From contig JAUCBJ010005891.1 of assembly GCA_032718475.1 (NCBI GenBank), positions 1 through 64,000 on the forward strand: 64,000 nt of DNA. The letters run 5' to 3'. The notes beneath the pieces are model-generated. The model had not been told where the DNA came from. It saw only the letters and a list, made by a program, of their open reading frames with translations, and did no database searches. The DNA comes from Nemertoderma westbladi (Eukaryota; Animalia; Xenacoelomorpha). Below, in pieces: positions 1 to 11,710 of the stretch. Position 1 is the first letter of the stretch. Each line of letters opens with the position of its first letter. Made by a program: the position numbers and the translations under genes.

Positions 1-380
1 GCATTTATTTTTAAATCTTTATTTATTATTTATTTTTAAATCTTTATTTGTTTTTATAGATATTCTACTTAATAGCAGGATAGGGTACACCATTGGTTTA
101 GTTTTTATTTACTATTAATTTTTTAAAAGTTTTTAACATTTTAATACCTTTATTTTAAATTTTGATTTGAGTTAGTTTTGGTGCATTATGAATTTCCGAT
201 ATAATTTCAAACCATGCTCAACTTCTTCTACCGGTCTGCCACTTTACACAGCTAATATCTTTATTAAAATAGTCATAACTACTATACAGTACCATAACGG
301 TATCGGGTTTGTATATATCTTTGTAGGTTTTGAATTGGTTGTTTTAGTTAAGTTATATTAATATTGTGTTTAAAATAATA

Positions 381-423
381 TACCACTGAAGACGCGCGGG
401 AAGCGTGAAATAGCTATATGGTA
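381..423 (+). ncRNA. Minimal type I hammerhead ribozyme motif
   Basis: UACCA-CUGAAGA-cgc(gcgggaa)gcgu-GAAA-UAGCUA-UA-UGGUA: 5-bp stem I, catalytic core, palindromic stem III. Confidence 0.7.
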
Positions 424-886
424 AACTAACAATATTTTATATTAGCCGTGGCTCAAGACCCTCACTCGTCATTAATATTTATAATTTGAGTATGCTTACG
501 CCACGAAAGGCATCGTTCCATTACATTAACTCGCTTGGCTATAAATTGGTTACAGTAAAACATTGTTAATTTATGTAATAACAATATAAGGGTTACCGGA
601 TATGTACCACTTAGCCACATCCATATAAAAGGTCTGTAACGCTTCGAAGAGGGTTGTGGTGTTATTTCATACTAGCACCTGTTATTCTAGTACCGGTAAT
701 ATCGCATGTGACAAAAAAATTCTAAACCATTCAATAAGTTAAACATTAATTAAACACATTTGTATGTATGTTTTACATGTATGTATGTTTTACATGTATG
801 TATGTTTTTTTGTATGTTTGTACATATGTTTGTTTAATCATTGGGGATATTTACATAATGTCATATTATATTAACTTATTTTTCAG

Positions 887-915
887 TGAGTTCTGCTTCA
901 GCAAAGAATGTCCCG
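887..915 (+). CDS. DCTN1: Probable DCTN1 29-nt microexon (xSSASAKNVP)
   Basis: ttatttttcag acceptor and gtaagt donor; ends in phase 0 like the start of the next exon. p150 basic regions are known to use tiny exons. Confidence 0.6.
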
Positions 916-1306
916 GTAAGTTTGTCCTCAGTTATCATTATACTCAATAAAGTTTAATTACAATTAATATAGGTACAGCTCAAAGCGTTCTAAACACTAG
1001 TATATAATTTAGGGCGCCTTGGTACAGCTCCTAATAAATTAATAATGTACTATATACCTCTGTATATTTTCTTTATTCACCATTGAATCACAGTTTATTG
1101 TACTATTAATTAAACTATTCTGGAACAATACTTTGAAAAATTAACTTACTAAAAAATTTTCGAAATTAAGAATTCTTAACGATCCTACATATTTAAATTT
1201 CCCGCCACTTGTTCTATCTCTGCCGCAAACAAAATCCTGTATCTATAGTTACCGGTATTGTATGTGATTGTCTCGTTTACTTTATCGCCGCGATTGGATT
1301 CCATAG

Positions 1307-1435
1307 TTGCGATCGCCGGACGCAAGGCGACGTGAATTGAAACCGGCAGGGGGCGCTGTCAGTCGTAGTCCGTCGCGGGATCGACCGGTTAAACCAACCG
1401 CTCTTCAGCCGAGTGCGGCGAGTCCAACAGTAGCG
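1307..1435 (+). CDS. DCTN1: Probable DCTN1 basic/SP-rich exon (LRSPDARRRELKP...SPTVA); alternative in-frame donor after 1459
   Basis: ccatag acceptor, open GC-rich frame; donor is gtgggt (1436) or gtgagt (1460). Confidence 0.65.
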
Positions 1436-1439
1436 GTGG

Positions 1440-1930
1440 GTTGGTGTGGTGGCGCTTTGGTGAGTGTGTATGGGGGCATTGTTTGGTGGTAGTGTGTGAG
1501 TGCTAGTGTGTATGGGGACATTGTTGGGTGCTAGGTTGTTTTGGGGGCATTGTTGAGTCCATGTGTGTGAGTGCTAGTGCTTATAGGATCATTGTTGGGT
1601 GCAAGTGTGTGAGTGCTAGTATGTATGGGGGCATTGTTGGGTGCTAGGTTGTTTGGAGGCATTCTTGGGTGCTAGGTTGTTTGGAGGCATTGTTGGGCGC
1701 TAGTGTGTATGGGGACATTGTTGGGTGCAAGTGTGTGAGTGCTAGTGTGTATGGGGGCATTGTTTGGTACTAGTGTGTATGGGGACAATGTTGGGTGCTA
1801 GTGTGTTTGGGGGCAGTGTTGGGTGGTTGTGTGTATGGGGACATTGTTGGGTGCTAGAGTTTATGCATGCATTCTTTGGTGCCAGTGTGTTGTCTATATC
1901 TCTTTATCATTGGGTGCTTGTGTTTATGTA
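1440..1930 (+). repeat. Degenerate GT-rich minisatellite just after an exon
   Basis: Variants of gtgctagtgtgtatgggggcattgttgg. Confidence 0.8.
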
Positions 1931-2179
1931 TGCATTGTTGAGTGCTAGTAAGTATGTATGCATTGTTAGGTCTACCGCGTTTGTTTCTCATGCCATTCAT
2001 CGTCTATCATTTCAATCAACAACGTTCTTTGGGATTTTGGGGTGTCGCACATCGCACTTTGTATTCCAGCCAAGCACACATTTCTAGCTCACATAGAATC
2101 TCACCTAGCATGCTTACAGTATTAATTAATAATTATAAGTTAATTAAGTTAATTATACGTATGGATGATCCCACACTGC

Positions 2180-2642
2180 ACTATTGTACTATTGTACTTC
2201 ACAGTACTATTGCTCATTTCAGTACTATTGCAAAACAAAAGCACTCAGTCAGCCGAAGCCGGAGGCGACCCGAAGGCTCCTCTTTCGATAGCTGCTACCC
2301 GAGGGTAGGAGTGGGCGCTACTCCTATCCCAAGATTTATTGTCCAAAGTACTATTGCACATTGCAGTAATATTGCACATTACAGTACTATTGCACATTAC
2401 ACTACTATTGTACATTACACTACTATTGCACATTACACTACTATTGCACATTACACAACTATTGTACATTACAGTAATATTGCACATTATACAACTATTG
2501 CACTACTATTGCACCAAATAATAATAATAACTATTGCAATTGCACATTTCACTACTATTGCACATTACAGAACTATTGCATATTACAGAACTATTGCAAT
2601 TGCACAAGACACTACTATTGCACATTACAGTATTATTGCACA
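2180..2642 (+). repeat. 18-bp minisatellite interrupted by a SINE fragment
   Basis: actattgcacattacact units. Confidence 0.9.
2241..2336 (-). mobile_element. SINE 3'-tail fragment containing one monomer of the 36-bp satellite
   Basis: Reverse strand: aatcttgggataggagtagcgcccactcctaccctcgggtagcagctatcgaaagaggagccttcgggtcgcc. Confidence 0.7.
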
Positions 2643-2992
2643 ATGCGGTGCTCTGCATTGACTCTATCCGCACATCGCGCATGATGGTGTAATAGTAACA
2701 GTCGTACCATTCTGCTTGTGAAGATGACATGCAAAATTTTATTTACGAGGAATATTATTTTGGTTTAGTCTTTGGATTTATTGAATAGTTTTAGATAGAG
2801 AGATAATTGGTTGGTTAGGTGGAATAGGTAGGTGTAGGCTGGCAGGGAAGGCCAATGTTACCGTCTGAAATCCTGCAATATTTAATGGAGTTCAGACCGA
2901 ATATATATGATTTAGGGTTCGGATTTTGTAAATGTTTTTTTGGTTAATTAATAAATCACTTGATATTTTTACGATTATGAATTACCACATAG

Positions 2993-3193
2993 CCGGAGGC
3001 TCCTGTAACTGAGCCAATCAAAGCCGCTCCCGTCCCCACACCCCCACCACCAATCCAATCAGAGGCGACCAATGCCGATCTTCTCTCCCCGGATAGACCA
3101 ATAGCGTCTCTTCCCGCCACGGTTGCATCGGTAACTGCTGACCCTGAACCCGATGGCCAATGGAACCAAGAGGCGGAGTACCTGCGAGCTGAG
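2993..3193 (+). CDS. DCTN1: DCTN1 Pro-rich exon (PEAPVTEP...EAEYLRAE)
   Basis: catag acceptor, gttagc donor; its end matches the start of coiled-coil 1 (human EEGLRAQ). Confidence 0.85.
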
Positions 3194-3570
3194 GTTAGCT
3201 TTGCTATGGATATGGGGCGAGCCATGCACGTTAGAGTATTTATTTGTATGAATTTGTGCATCATTCCTTAATTAATTACGAATACGCTTACTGTATACAC
3301 ATTACACAATATACAATGTTTGGTTCTTTATAGGGGCCACCGCCAATTTCTGACAGCACAGACGTAGGCCTTACGGCCTTATAATTTCTTTATGACTTTT
3401 ATGACTTTATGATGTTTTTATTATTAGGTTAGTTACTATAGTTAGTAAGATTTTACTAAAAAATAAAAATTCAATTTTAATCAGACATATATTTTTGTAA
3501 CCTCGCCGGTAGTTTAATTTTAGTTAGTAACTCTTAGTAAACTTGGCTTTGTATTCATCACTATTTCTAG

Positions 3571-3735
3571 ATTAAAGATCTGACTGAGAAACTCGACACT
3601 CTAAAAGTGAAACGCAACGCCGACAAAGTGAAACTGAAAGAATTTGAGAAAACGCAACTGGAGCTGAGAAAGTTAACGGAATTTAAAGTAAAGATCACAG
3701 AGAGTCAACAGTCCTTACAGAAACAGTTGGAGGAG
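3571..3735 (+). CDS. DCTN1: DCTN1 exon (IKDLTEKLDTLKVKR...QKQLEE)
   Basis: Matches p150 VRDLEEKLETLRLKR; ctag / gtaagt. Confidence 0.95.
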
Positions 3736-4018
3736 GTAAGTTTACTCTTGTAATTGTTTTACGCTTAACAGGAATTGATACAAAACCATGGAGTACTCGT
3801 AGAGAACACCTATATAAAAATGTTAAAGAATATTCGCACACATGGCCAGATAAAGTTTGATACAGGCAAAACTAAAAGATTATTTTGAGACAAAAATACA
3901 ATAATTAATTAACAAGATGGTAGTAGTAATAAAAAGTACAACGAATGTTGATGATTCGGCACATGTAATGGGGATATAACCAGCTGTATTATGCCTGTAT
4001 TGGGGTTGTGGGTATAAA

Positions 4019-5058
4019 CCAAGGTGTACTAAATAACCGGTGATGCATCGAGTGGATTGCCGATCTTTTCCCTATTTATGGCACTATTTTCATAATATTT
4101 CCTTAGAAACTTCTTTTGTGCTACTTTTGTTAGGTGGATATGATGACTAGGATTCATAGAAATGTAATAAAATGTCTTTCTGGAATTTTTATCTTGTAGT
4201 TACCAAGGTAACCGGGTGCAAAGTTCAAATTTCGAGCGCCTGTAATTCAAGATGATAAGGGAATCTATCTGTTCTTGAGAATTGGTATATGAGTAAAGGG
4301 AATAAAAGTCTATCAAAATATTTTACATTAAAATTTTTTTTCTATCCCGTTTCCATGGTGACGGGAATTACGATAATTTCTCATTGTGACCGCCAGATAG
4401 AAACTGGGCTACTATTTACTACTTATATAATTTTCAACAAACATGCCTGGTGGCTGTCCTTTATTTCTAATAATTGCTAACCGAAACGTAATATTCTGGA
4501 ATGTCAAAATCATGCTAACACAGGTCTTGCTCTCTGATTGGACAGTTTAGTTTATTGGCAAATATTGACTTTTAGAAATATAAGATTTGACGAATTATAA
4601 AATAATATGTTGGCAATTTTAACTTATTATTTAGACTGACAAACCGAATAAAAATGGTGTTTTGTAGAATTGGTAGATAATTTTTCAAATTTTTCATTAT
4701 ACTTATTTCCATGGCAACGGGAATGTAAACAAATTCAAATGTAAAATATTTTGATCGAATTTTATTCCCTTTACTCACCTACCAAATCTCAAGGGAAGAA
4801 TCCATTGTCGCCTTGAAATACAGGCGCTCAAAGTTTGAACTTTGCACCCGGTTACCTTGGCAACTACAAGATAAACATTCCAGAAAGACATTTTATTACA
4901 TTGCTATGAATCCTAGTCATCATATCCACCTAACCAAAGAAGCACAAAATAAGTTTCTAAGGAAATTTTATGAAAATAGTGCCATAAAGGGAAAAGATCG
5001 GCCCACGCTAATTTCAGCAATCCGCTCGCTGCATCACCTGTTATTTAGTACACCTTGG
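4019..5058. mobile_element. MITE / non-autonomous DNA transposon with TIRs of about 340 bp
   Basis: ccaaggtgtactaaataa...ttatttagtacaccttgg; 4019-4360 is inverted at about 4708-5058. Confidence 0.85.
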
Positions 5059-6380
5059 TATAACCGAATGTTTTATACTTGTGTTGGGGGTATAACCGAA
5101 TGTTTGGTTTTATGCCTATTGGTGATATAACTGGATGTTTTAGACCCCACCACCTTCGGCACCAATGCCCGGCTAGAATTGATCTTGATTTTCGTGTTTG
5201 CAACACGACCCGTACCGGTAGTATAATCCGTAATAAGTTATTATTTTATCCTGTCGGTTCCGAAAAAAAGTAAATTAAATATGTCGGACTCTTGGATATT
5301 GGTTTTCTCACTGGCACATCTGACCTTGGTTCTGTTACCTGTCACGGCCAAAACATCACGCTTCTTCATTTTGGCCCAAATAAGCTGATTATAATTGAAG
5401 AACTTCATATCCTCCAGATCTCCATCCTGCAGTAGCAATGTGTGTGTTTCTGAAGCGAGGCTCGACTCAGAGGCTGAGGTATCATAAGATTCAGCATTAT
5501 TTTCCTGTCTGGTCGCCATCTCCTATTGTGACGGGATCAAGGGATCCCGACCGGGTTAAGTTTGTACGCGTCACAGTGGGCTGATGGCAGGATGGTGAAA
5601 AGTTTGAGTTTGATGTTCCTTCGTTCATATAATACAACTGGTAATGATAGCAAATTGGATAACCGGTAGCAAGTAGATAATAAATCAGTATGTAACAGCA
5701 CCGCGATGACGGTAAGACTATAATGCCGGTCTGCACTGAAACTGACAGATTGGATAACTGAATAGTAAATCAGTCAGTATGTATGAGATAATATACGACA
5801 CACCAATATTACTTCACTGCTACATTACTTTGGCCTCTTACCTAGTGGATGCTCTCCCTCGCCCCTATTGGCTAATAACCTACTTCACGCCTTTCCACTC
5901 TCTGGGAGTGTTTCCCCTCTGTGGCTAGCCCCTGCTAGCTGTGTCCCCTCCGAGGTGGTTTGACCTCTAACCTCCCTTTGTTCGTGGCTTTGGGGTTTGT
6001 ACTGTCCCCGATATTGGCTGTGATACGAGATTAGTTACTGCTAATCTCGTATCTCCAACATATTGCTGAAAATGCCACTTCCCATTTTATGAGGGTAATT
6101 CGGCGGAATTGAATCCGCTTACACCTATGCCATCCTCTCTGTCACTATGTTTCCTTTTTTTCAGTAATCCTCTTGGCGGGGCTGCAAAATGTAGAGGAGA
6201 AGGGGTCGGGGTGTCGCTTGTTGTACCGGTAGGTGTAGACTCATCTGTACCAGAAAGGGTATTGTTGGCCACCTTCTTCTGCATCTCTCTCTTCTTTCGA
6301 TTAGATTTGCATTCCGAAACTTTCCGTCTAAAATTTGCTGCAAGTTCGTTCTTTAGACGGTGATGTTTGAATTTAAATTG

Positions 6381-6664
6381 GGGATACACCTTGGTGTAGT
6401 GGTTGCATTGATTTCACATCTCCCGTAGGTCGTGGGTTCGATCCTCACATGGGCCAGGGCAGTTTTCGTTTCTGCACGAATGCTTTAAAGGGATCAGCCA
6501 GGGCACATCTCTGCCTTGTATCCTTAAATGATAGCTAAATGAGTACTGCAGTTTCCTCTGGGGAGTAAAGTTCTGGGGGGACCGCACTGGAAATAAGTCG
6601 TCAGACATTGTGCGTAATCCCTGGCCTAGCGGCCGAAGAAAATTTACTTTTACTTTTTACTTTT
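6381..6664 (+). mobile_element. tRNA-derived SINE
   Basis: A box tggtgtagtgg (6392), B box ggttcgatcc (6435), (tttac)n tail. Confidence 0.75.
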
Positions 6665-7384
6665 AACTTGAAAACTAAAAGAGCTATTAAAGGCGGTTTT
6701 CAGATTTCGAAACACTATTTAAACATGCAGTATAATCGATCATAAAAATAATTTCAACATATTTTGGACCAAAATGGTGTACCCCCCCCCCCCCCTCCCC
6801 TCCCTTGATTTTGGGATTTTCGGGATCGGAACCGGGATTGTCAATCTCGGGGTCCCGATTTTTGGGATCGGGATCTAGTTTAAAAACTCACAACCTGAAC
6901 GAAAGTCCACTGCTTTATTATCCCTTGGCGTCATATAGAGACAAGTTGATGTTGGGGGCCGTTATTTTTCGATTTGGTTCCCATTACAAGAATAACAACA
7001 ACCGGTGTAGAAAGTAATAACTACATTATTTCATTGTAAAATAAATGATTTTTATCTTAGTCGGCTACTCCGATTACATATGATATCGAGTTTTATCGGG
7101 TTTTTCATAAAAAATTACGTATCATCATTCTAATAACTGTTGTGTTTTTATTAATATTCTTATTTACTGTACTTTTAATTCCAATATATTTATTATCAAC
7201 TATCTGTTACACGTCTATAATATGTGCTTCCTACTTACATTTATTGTGCTGCGTTGTTATAATTAATTAACTGTTGTATGTATCTGACCTTTTGTTTTGC
7301 AAAATGTACAAATTAATAATAATAGCCTTTCTTGCAAATTATTATCTCTTATGTAAATTAAGTTTCCCTAATTTTAGTTGGGCC

Positions 7385-7460
7385 TCTCCTTTTCCGGGGT
7401 TCGAACTCACGACCTTTGGGTTGGAAGACCACCGCTCTAACCACCTGGTCAACCTGAACC
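7385..7460 (-). mobile_element. tRNA-derived SINE head or tRNA pseudogene
   Basis: A box, cttccaa loop and gagttcgaacc B box; poor acceptor stem; similar head at 38795-38870. Confidence 0.6.
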
Positions 7461-7555
7461 TTTAGTTATCTACAGTTGCTAACTAAAGAACAGTTTGTTG
7501 TACATCTCAGCTGATTGTTGATTGGTTGTTATGTTACCTGTATATCTTTCTATAG

Positions 7556-7672
7556 GCTCGCCGGGAGGCTAGGGAAGCAGTGGAAGCGAAGGAGAGGCAT
7601 GCGGATGAGCTGGCAGACGTTGCGGAGGCTATAGAAATGGCGACGTTGGATAAAGAAATGGCGGAGGAAAAG
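7556..7672 (+). CDS. DCTN1: DCTN1 exon ([14 protein letters not shown]...[14 protein letters not shown])
   Basis: Hallmark p150 motif; atag / gtattg. Confidence 0.97.
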
Positions 7673-7976
7673 GTATTGTCGGGATAGTGGTTGATACCAC
7701 ATCGGGATCCCGATTGTATTTGTTCATATTCAATAAATTATTACATAAAATTAATTAATCGCAGGTCTATAGTGGGACTAATGAGACTGAGAATTGATAT
7801 AGTTATAAAGTTATGGAAAGTGAGAACGGCTATATGCCACAATTTGAGTTTGATTTTAATTCTAAAAAAATTTGTATACAAGTTTATAACTGTGAACGCG
7901 AAATAACAACTTTAATTTACTTCAGTTTACGTTAACCTACCTACCTTAACTACCTTTTGACGTCATCGTTTCCCAG

Positions 7977-8149
7977 AGCGACGCCCTCCAACAAGAGGTG
8001 GAAGAACTCCGGGAACAGATGGAGGAAGTTCAGCTCGATCTACAAACATTGAAAGAAGAGCGCCAATTGGATGGGGAGGCGACTGTTGGTGAGATACAGT
8101 GCAAACAACATGAACAACAGTTAGGCAGACTAAAGGACGCCCTAATGAA
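7977..8149 (+). CDS. DCTN1: DCTN1 exon (SDALQQEVEEL...RLKDALM)
   Basis: cccag / gtaagt; phase-2 end joins G-ATG-AGG of the next exon. Confidence 0.95.
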
Positions 8150-8552
8150 GTAAGTACAGTGCAAACAACACGAACAACAGTTAGGCAGACTAAAGGACGC
8201 CCTAATGAAGTAAGTACAGTGTAAACAACACGAACAACAGTTAGGCAGACTAAAGGACGCCTTAATGAAGTAAGTACAGTGTAAACAACACGAACAACAG
8301 TTAGGCAGACTAAAGGACGCCTTAATGAAGTAAGTACAGTGCAAACAACACGAACAACAGTTAGGCAGACTAAACGACGCCCTAATAAAGTAAGTTAGGC
8401 AGACTAAACGACGCCCTAATGAAGTAAGTGCAGTGCAAACAACACGAACAACAGTTAGGCAGACTAAAGGACGCCTTAATGAAGTAAGTACAGTGCAAAC
8501 AACACGAACAACAGTTAGGCAGACTAAAGGACGCCTAAATGAAGTAAGTACA
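8096..8552 (+). repeat. 60-bp splice-donor-spanning tandem repeat (about 7.5 copies)
   Basis: Unit is the last 54 exon nt plus gtaagt. Confidence 0.97.
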
Positions 8553-8625
8553 ATGTACATATCGTTAGAAGTTAATGCATCATGCAGTTTAATTTACCAA
8601 ATAAATCGTTTATTATATTTTTCAG

Positions 8626-8749
8626 GATGAGGGATTTATCGAATGCTGAAAAACAAGAAACTCTTAAACTTCAGAAGGAAAAAGAAAAGATTCAGTCGGA
8701 AAACCACATTATCCAAAAAGAGAAAGAACGAATGGCGAAAGTTCTAGAA
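8626..8749 (+). CDS. DCTN1: DCTN1 exon (MRDLSNAEKQE...KVLE)
   Basis: Matches MRDLSSSEKQE; ttcag / gtgagt. Confidence 0.95.
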
Positions 8750-8946
8750 GTGAGTTTATTGAACTGAATATTCTTATTTTAGTCACAAATTTAATTATAT
8801 GATTGTTTTACAGGTAAAATTTTAACTTAAAGATAAAAATCTAATAATTTATTTTATAATATAAAAAATATAATATGTAAAACCGTAGCCCCCCCCCCCC
8901 CCCCCCCCCCCCTTCCGTTTTCACGTTTATAATTGATTATTCGCAG

Positions 8947-9087
8947 GATTACGAAAAACAAATAACGGATCTAAAGGATCAGGTTGACGCAGCGTTGGGA
9001 GCCGAGTCCATGGTAGAACATCTGTCTGAAGATAATCTTAATAAAGACGAACTTATACAGAAACTCAACGAAGAACTTGCAGATCTT
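8947..9087 (+). CDS. DCTN1: DCTN1 exon (DYEKQITDLKDQVDAALGAESMVE...ADL)
   Basis: QVDAALGAE motif; gcag / gtaagt. Confidence 0.96.
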
Positions 9088-9369
9088 GTAAGTTGCAGCT
9101 GATTGTTTAGTTTTGTTGTTGTATTCCGATAACTTTTATACAAGTTCGTTATTTAGGTTCGACTAAATTGCATTTTACCTTGAATTAGTAGAAGTTCCGG
9201 GTCATCTCATGATGCCCAGTTGCTTCATTTGTGTTTTTCCCAAAGTTTGACCTAATTCTACCTCGGATCACGACTTCCTATCCAAAAGCAATAAGCGGTT
9301 TTCGATCTAGTGTGTTCCAGAACCTTTTTTACTTACTATTATTCCAATTGGAAGGGAAGAGTTTATACG

Positions 9370-10138
9370 CTCTTTAAGAACTTTATGTAAATGTTTCCTC
9401 TTTAAGAACTCATGTAAATGTTTCCTCTTTAAGAACTTATGTAAATGTTTCCTCTTTAAGAACTTAAGAAAATATTTCTTCTTTAAGAACTTATGTAAAT
9501 GTTTCCTCTTTAAGAACTTTATGTAAATATTTCCTCTTTAAGAACTTTATGTAAATATTTCCTCTTTAAGAACTTAAGAAAATGTTTCTTCTTTAAGAAC
9601 TCATGTAAATGTTTCCTCTTTAAGAACTCATGTAAATGTTTCCTCTTTAAGAACTTATGTAAATGTTTCCTCTTTAAGAACTTAAGAAAATGTTTCTTCT
9701 TTAAGAACTTATGTAAATGTTTCCTCTTTAAGAACTTTATGTAAATATTTCCTCTTTAAGAACTTTATGTAAATATTTCCTCTTTAAGAACTTAAGAAAA
9801 TGTTTCTTCTTTAAGAACTCATGTAAATGTTTCCTCTTTAAGAACTCATGTAAATGTTTCCTCTTTAAGAACTTATGTAAATATTTCCTCTTTAAGAACT
9901 TATGTAAATATTTCCTCTTTAAGAACTTATGTAAATGTTTCCTCTTTAAGAACTTAAGAAAATGTTTCTTCTTTAAGAACTTATGTAAATGTTTCCTCTT
10001 TAAGAACTCATGTAAATGTTTCCTCTTTAAGAACTTATGTAAATGTTTCCTCTTTAATAACTCATGTAAATGTTTCCTCTTTAAGAACTTATGTAAATGT
10101 TTCCTCTTTAATAACTCATGTAAATGTTTCCTCTTTAG
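9370..10138 (+). repeat. 27-28-bp tandem repeat ending at the splice acceptor
   Basis: Unit aacttatgtaaatgtttcctctttaag; the last unit ends in tttag, the acceptor. Confidence 0.97.
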
Positions 10139-10330
10139 GAGGAGATGGAGGCTATGAATCAGGAACTCCAGGAGAATGCTCGAGAGACGGAGATCCAGCT
10201 AAGGGAGGAGTTGGACATGGCCCACGCTAAGGTTCGTGAGGCCCGGAGGAAAATGGATGGGGCCAACGCAACAGTGTCTGACTACCAGGAAACTATTGTG
10301 AAGTTCAGAGATTTAGTGACCTCGTTACAG
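10139..10330 (+). CDS. DCTN1: DCTN1 exon ([18 protein letters not shown]...VTSLQ)
   Basis: [10 protein letters not shown] motif; tttag / gttggt. Confidence 0.96.
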
Positions 10331-10765
10331 GTTGGTATACTTTAGTGACCTCGTTACAGGTTGGTATACTTTAGTGATCTCGTTACAGGTTGGTATACTT
10401 TAGTGACCTCGTTACAGGTTGGTATACTTTAGTGACCTTGTTACAGGTTGGTATACTTTAGTGACCTCGTTACAGGTTGGTATACTTTAGTGACCTCGTT
10501 ACAGGTTGGTATTCTTTAGTGACCTCATTACAGGTTGGTATACTTTAGTGACCTCGTTACAGGTTGGAATTCTTTAGTGACCTCGTTACAGGTTGGTATA
10601 CTTTAGTGACCTCGTTACAGGTTGGTATACTTTAGTGACCTCGTTACAGGTTGGTATACTTTAGTGACCTCGTTACAGGTTGGTATACTTTAGTGACCTC
10701 GTTACAGGTTGGTATACTTTAGTGACCTCGTTACAGGTTGGTATACTTTAGTGACCTTGTTACAG
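10312..10765 (+). repeat. 29-bp splice-donor-spanning tandem repeat (about 15.5 copies)
   Basis: tttagtgacctcgttacag|gttggtatac. Confidence 0.97.
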
Positions 10766-10769
10766 CCGT

Positions 10770-10918
10770 GTACCGACTTGATATGACAATAAACTTTGGA
10801 GGGGGCTATGGCTGACGTACTCCGTTTGTGGATGAAAGACTAAATGGACCCTGGCGGGGCTCGAACCTACAACCAATATATTGCAAGCCCGGCGCTCAAC
10901 CAACTGAACTACCCGGAC
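10770..10918 (-). mobile_element. tRNA-derived SINE, same head as 48077
   Basis: gggtagttcagttggttgagcgccgg...gttgtaggttcgagccccgccagggtc followed by ttagtctttcatcc. Confidence 0.7.
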
Positions 10919-11074
10919 TTTAATGTTAACATCAATACTGCAACTATTAACTAGTATTAATATTAATAAATAATTATAATTCATACAGTAGTAAAAGGAA
11001 GGTGGCCATTTTACCACTGTATGATGTTTACCCCGGTGACCTGGGCGCAAAACTATGTTTGGAAAATAATTATA

Positions 11075-11375
11075 ATTTAAGCAATTTAAACAGGACTTAG
11101 GATGATCCAACTCTATAGAAATGGAACGGAAAAAATTTAATTGGCCACCAGCGGGGATCGAACCCGCGTCCCCCGATAAACGTTCAGGTATGCTGGCCAC
11201 TACAACACCACGGATGCTCCTGCATCTTTCCGATTGATTTTCTATAGGTGGTAAGCTACCTTACGGTTGCTATTTAAGATGCGGGTTCGATCCCCGTTGG
11301 AGGATAATTCATTTGTTCCGCTCCATTTGCTATAGAGTTGGAACATCCTAAGTCCTGTTTAAATTACTTAATAAT
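11075..11375. mobile_element. Two head-to-head copies of a tRNA-derived SINE (11075-11212 minus, 11281-11375 plus)
   Basis: gcgggttcgatcccc...ctatagagttgg..catcctaagtcctgtttaaatt occurs on both strands; a third copy lies at 47050-47147. Confidence 0.75.
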
Positions 11376-11430
11376 TTATACAATCTATGGATGTTAAAAC
11401 ATATAAACAATTATTATAATTTACTTTCAG

Positions 11431-11541
11431 GGGGATAACAAATACTTGCGCAGCAAAATGGCTGAAAGTGAGCAATCTGAACAGCAGCCGCCGAGTGAGT
11501 TGGTTAACTTCGATATCAACAAACGGATTACTGAAGGGCAG
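11431..11541 (+). CDS. DCTN1: DCTN1 exon (GDNKYLRSK...QQPPSELVNFDINKRITEGQ)
   Basis: Similar to QQQPPPETFDFKIKFAE; tttcag / gtaagt. Confidence 0.9.
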
Positions 11542-11600
11542 GTAAGTAGGTAAGGTATACTGGCGATACGTGCCTCGGGTATTATAACTGTCCCGTGGAT

Positions 11601-11710
11601 AAAACAACCGGGAAAACAACAAAACAACCGGGAAAACAACAAAACAACCGGGAAAACAACAAAACAACCGGGAAAACAACAAAACAACCGGGAAAACAAC
11701 AAAACAACCG
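11601..11710 (+). repeat. 20-bp tandem repeat, about 5.5 copies
   Basis: aaaacaaccgggaaaacaac. Confidence 0.95.

Noticed and set aside
1942-2661. 239-aa ORF with IAHYTT repeats
   Set aside because: An 18-bp minisatellite plus a SINE fragment, with no splice or homology support.
10845-10918. Functional tRNA-Ala(TGC) ending in CCA
   Set aside because: Anticodon and acceptor stems pair poorly, and the homologue at 48077 has a different loop; it is a SINE head.
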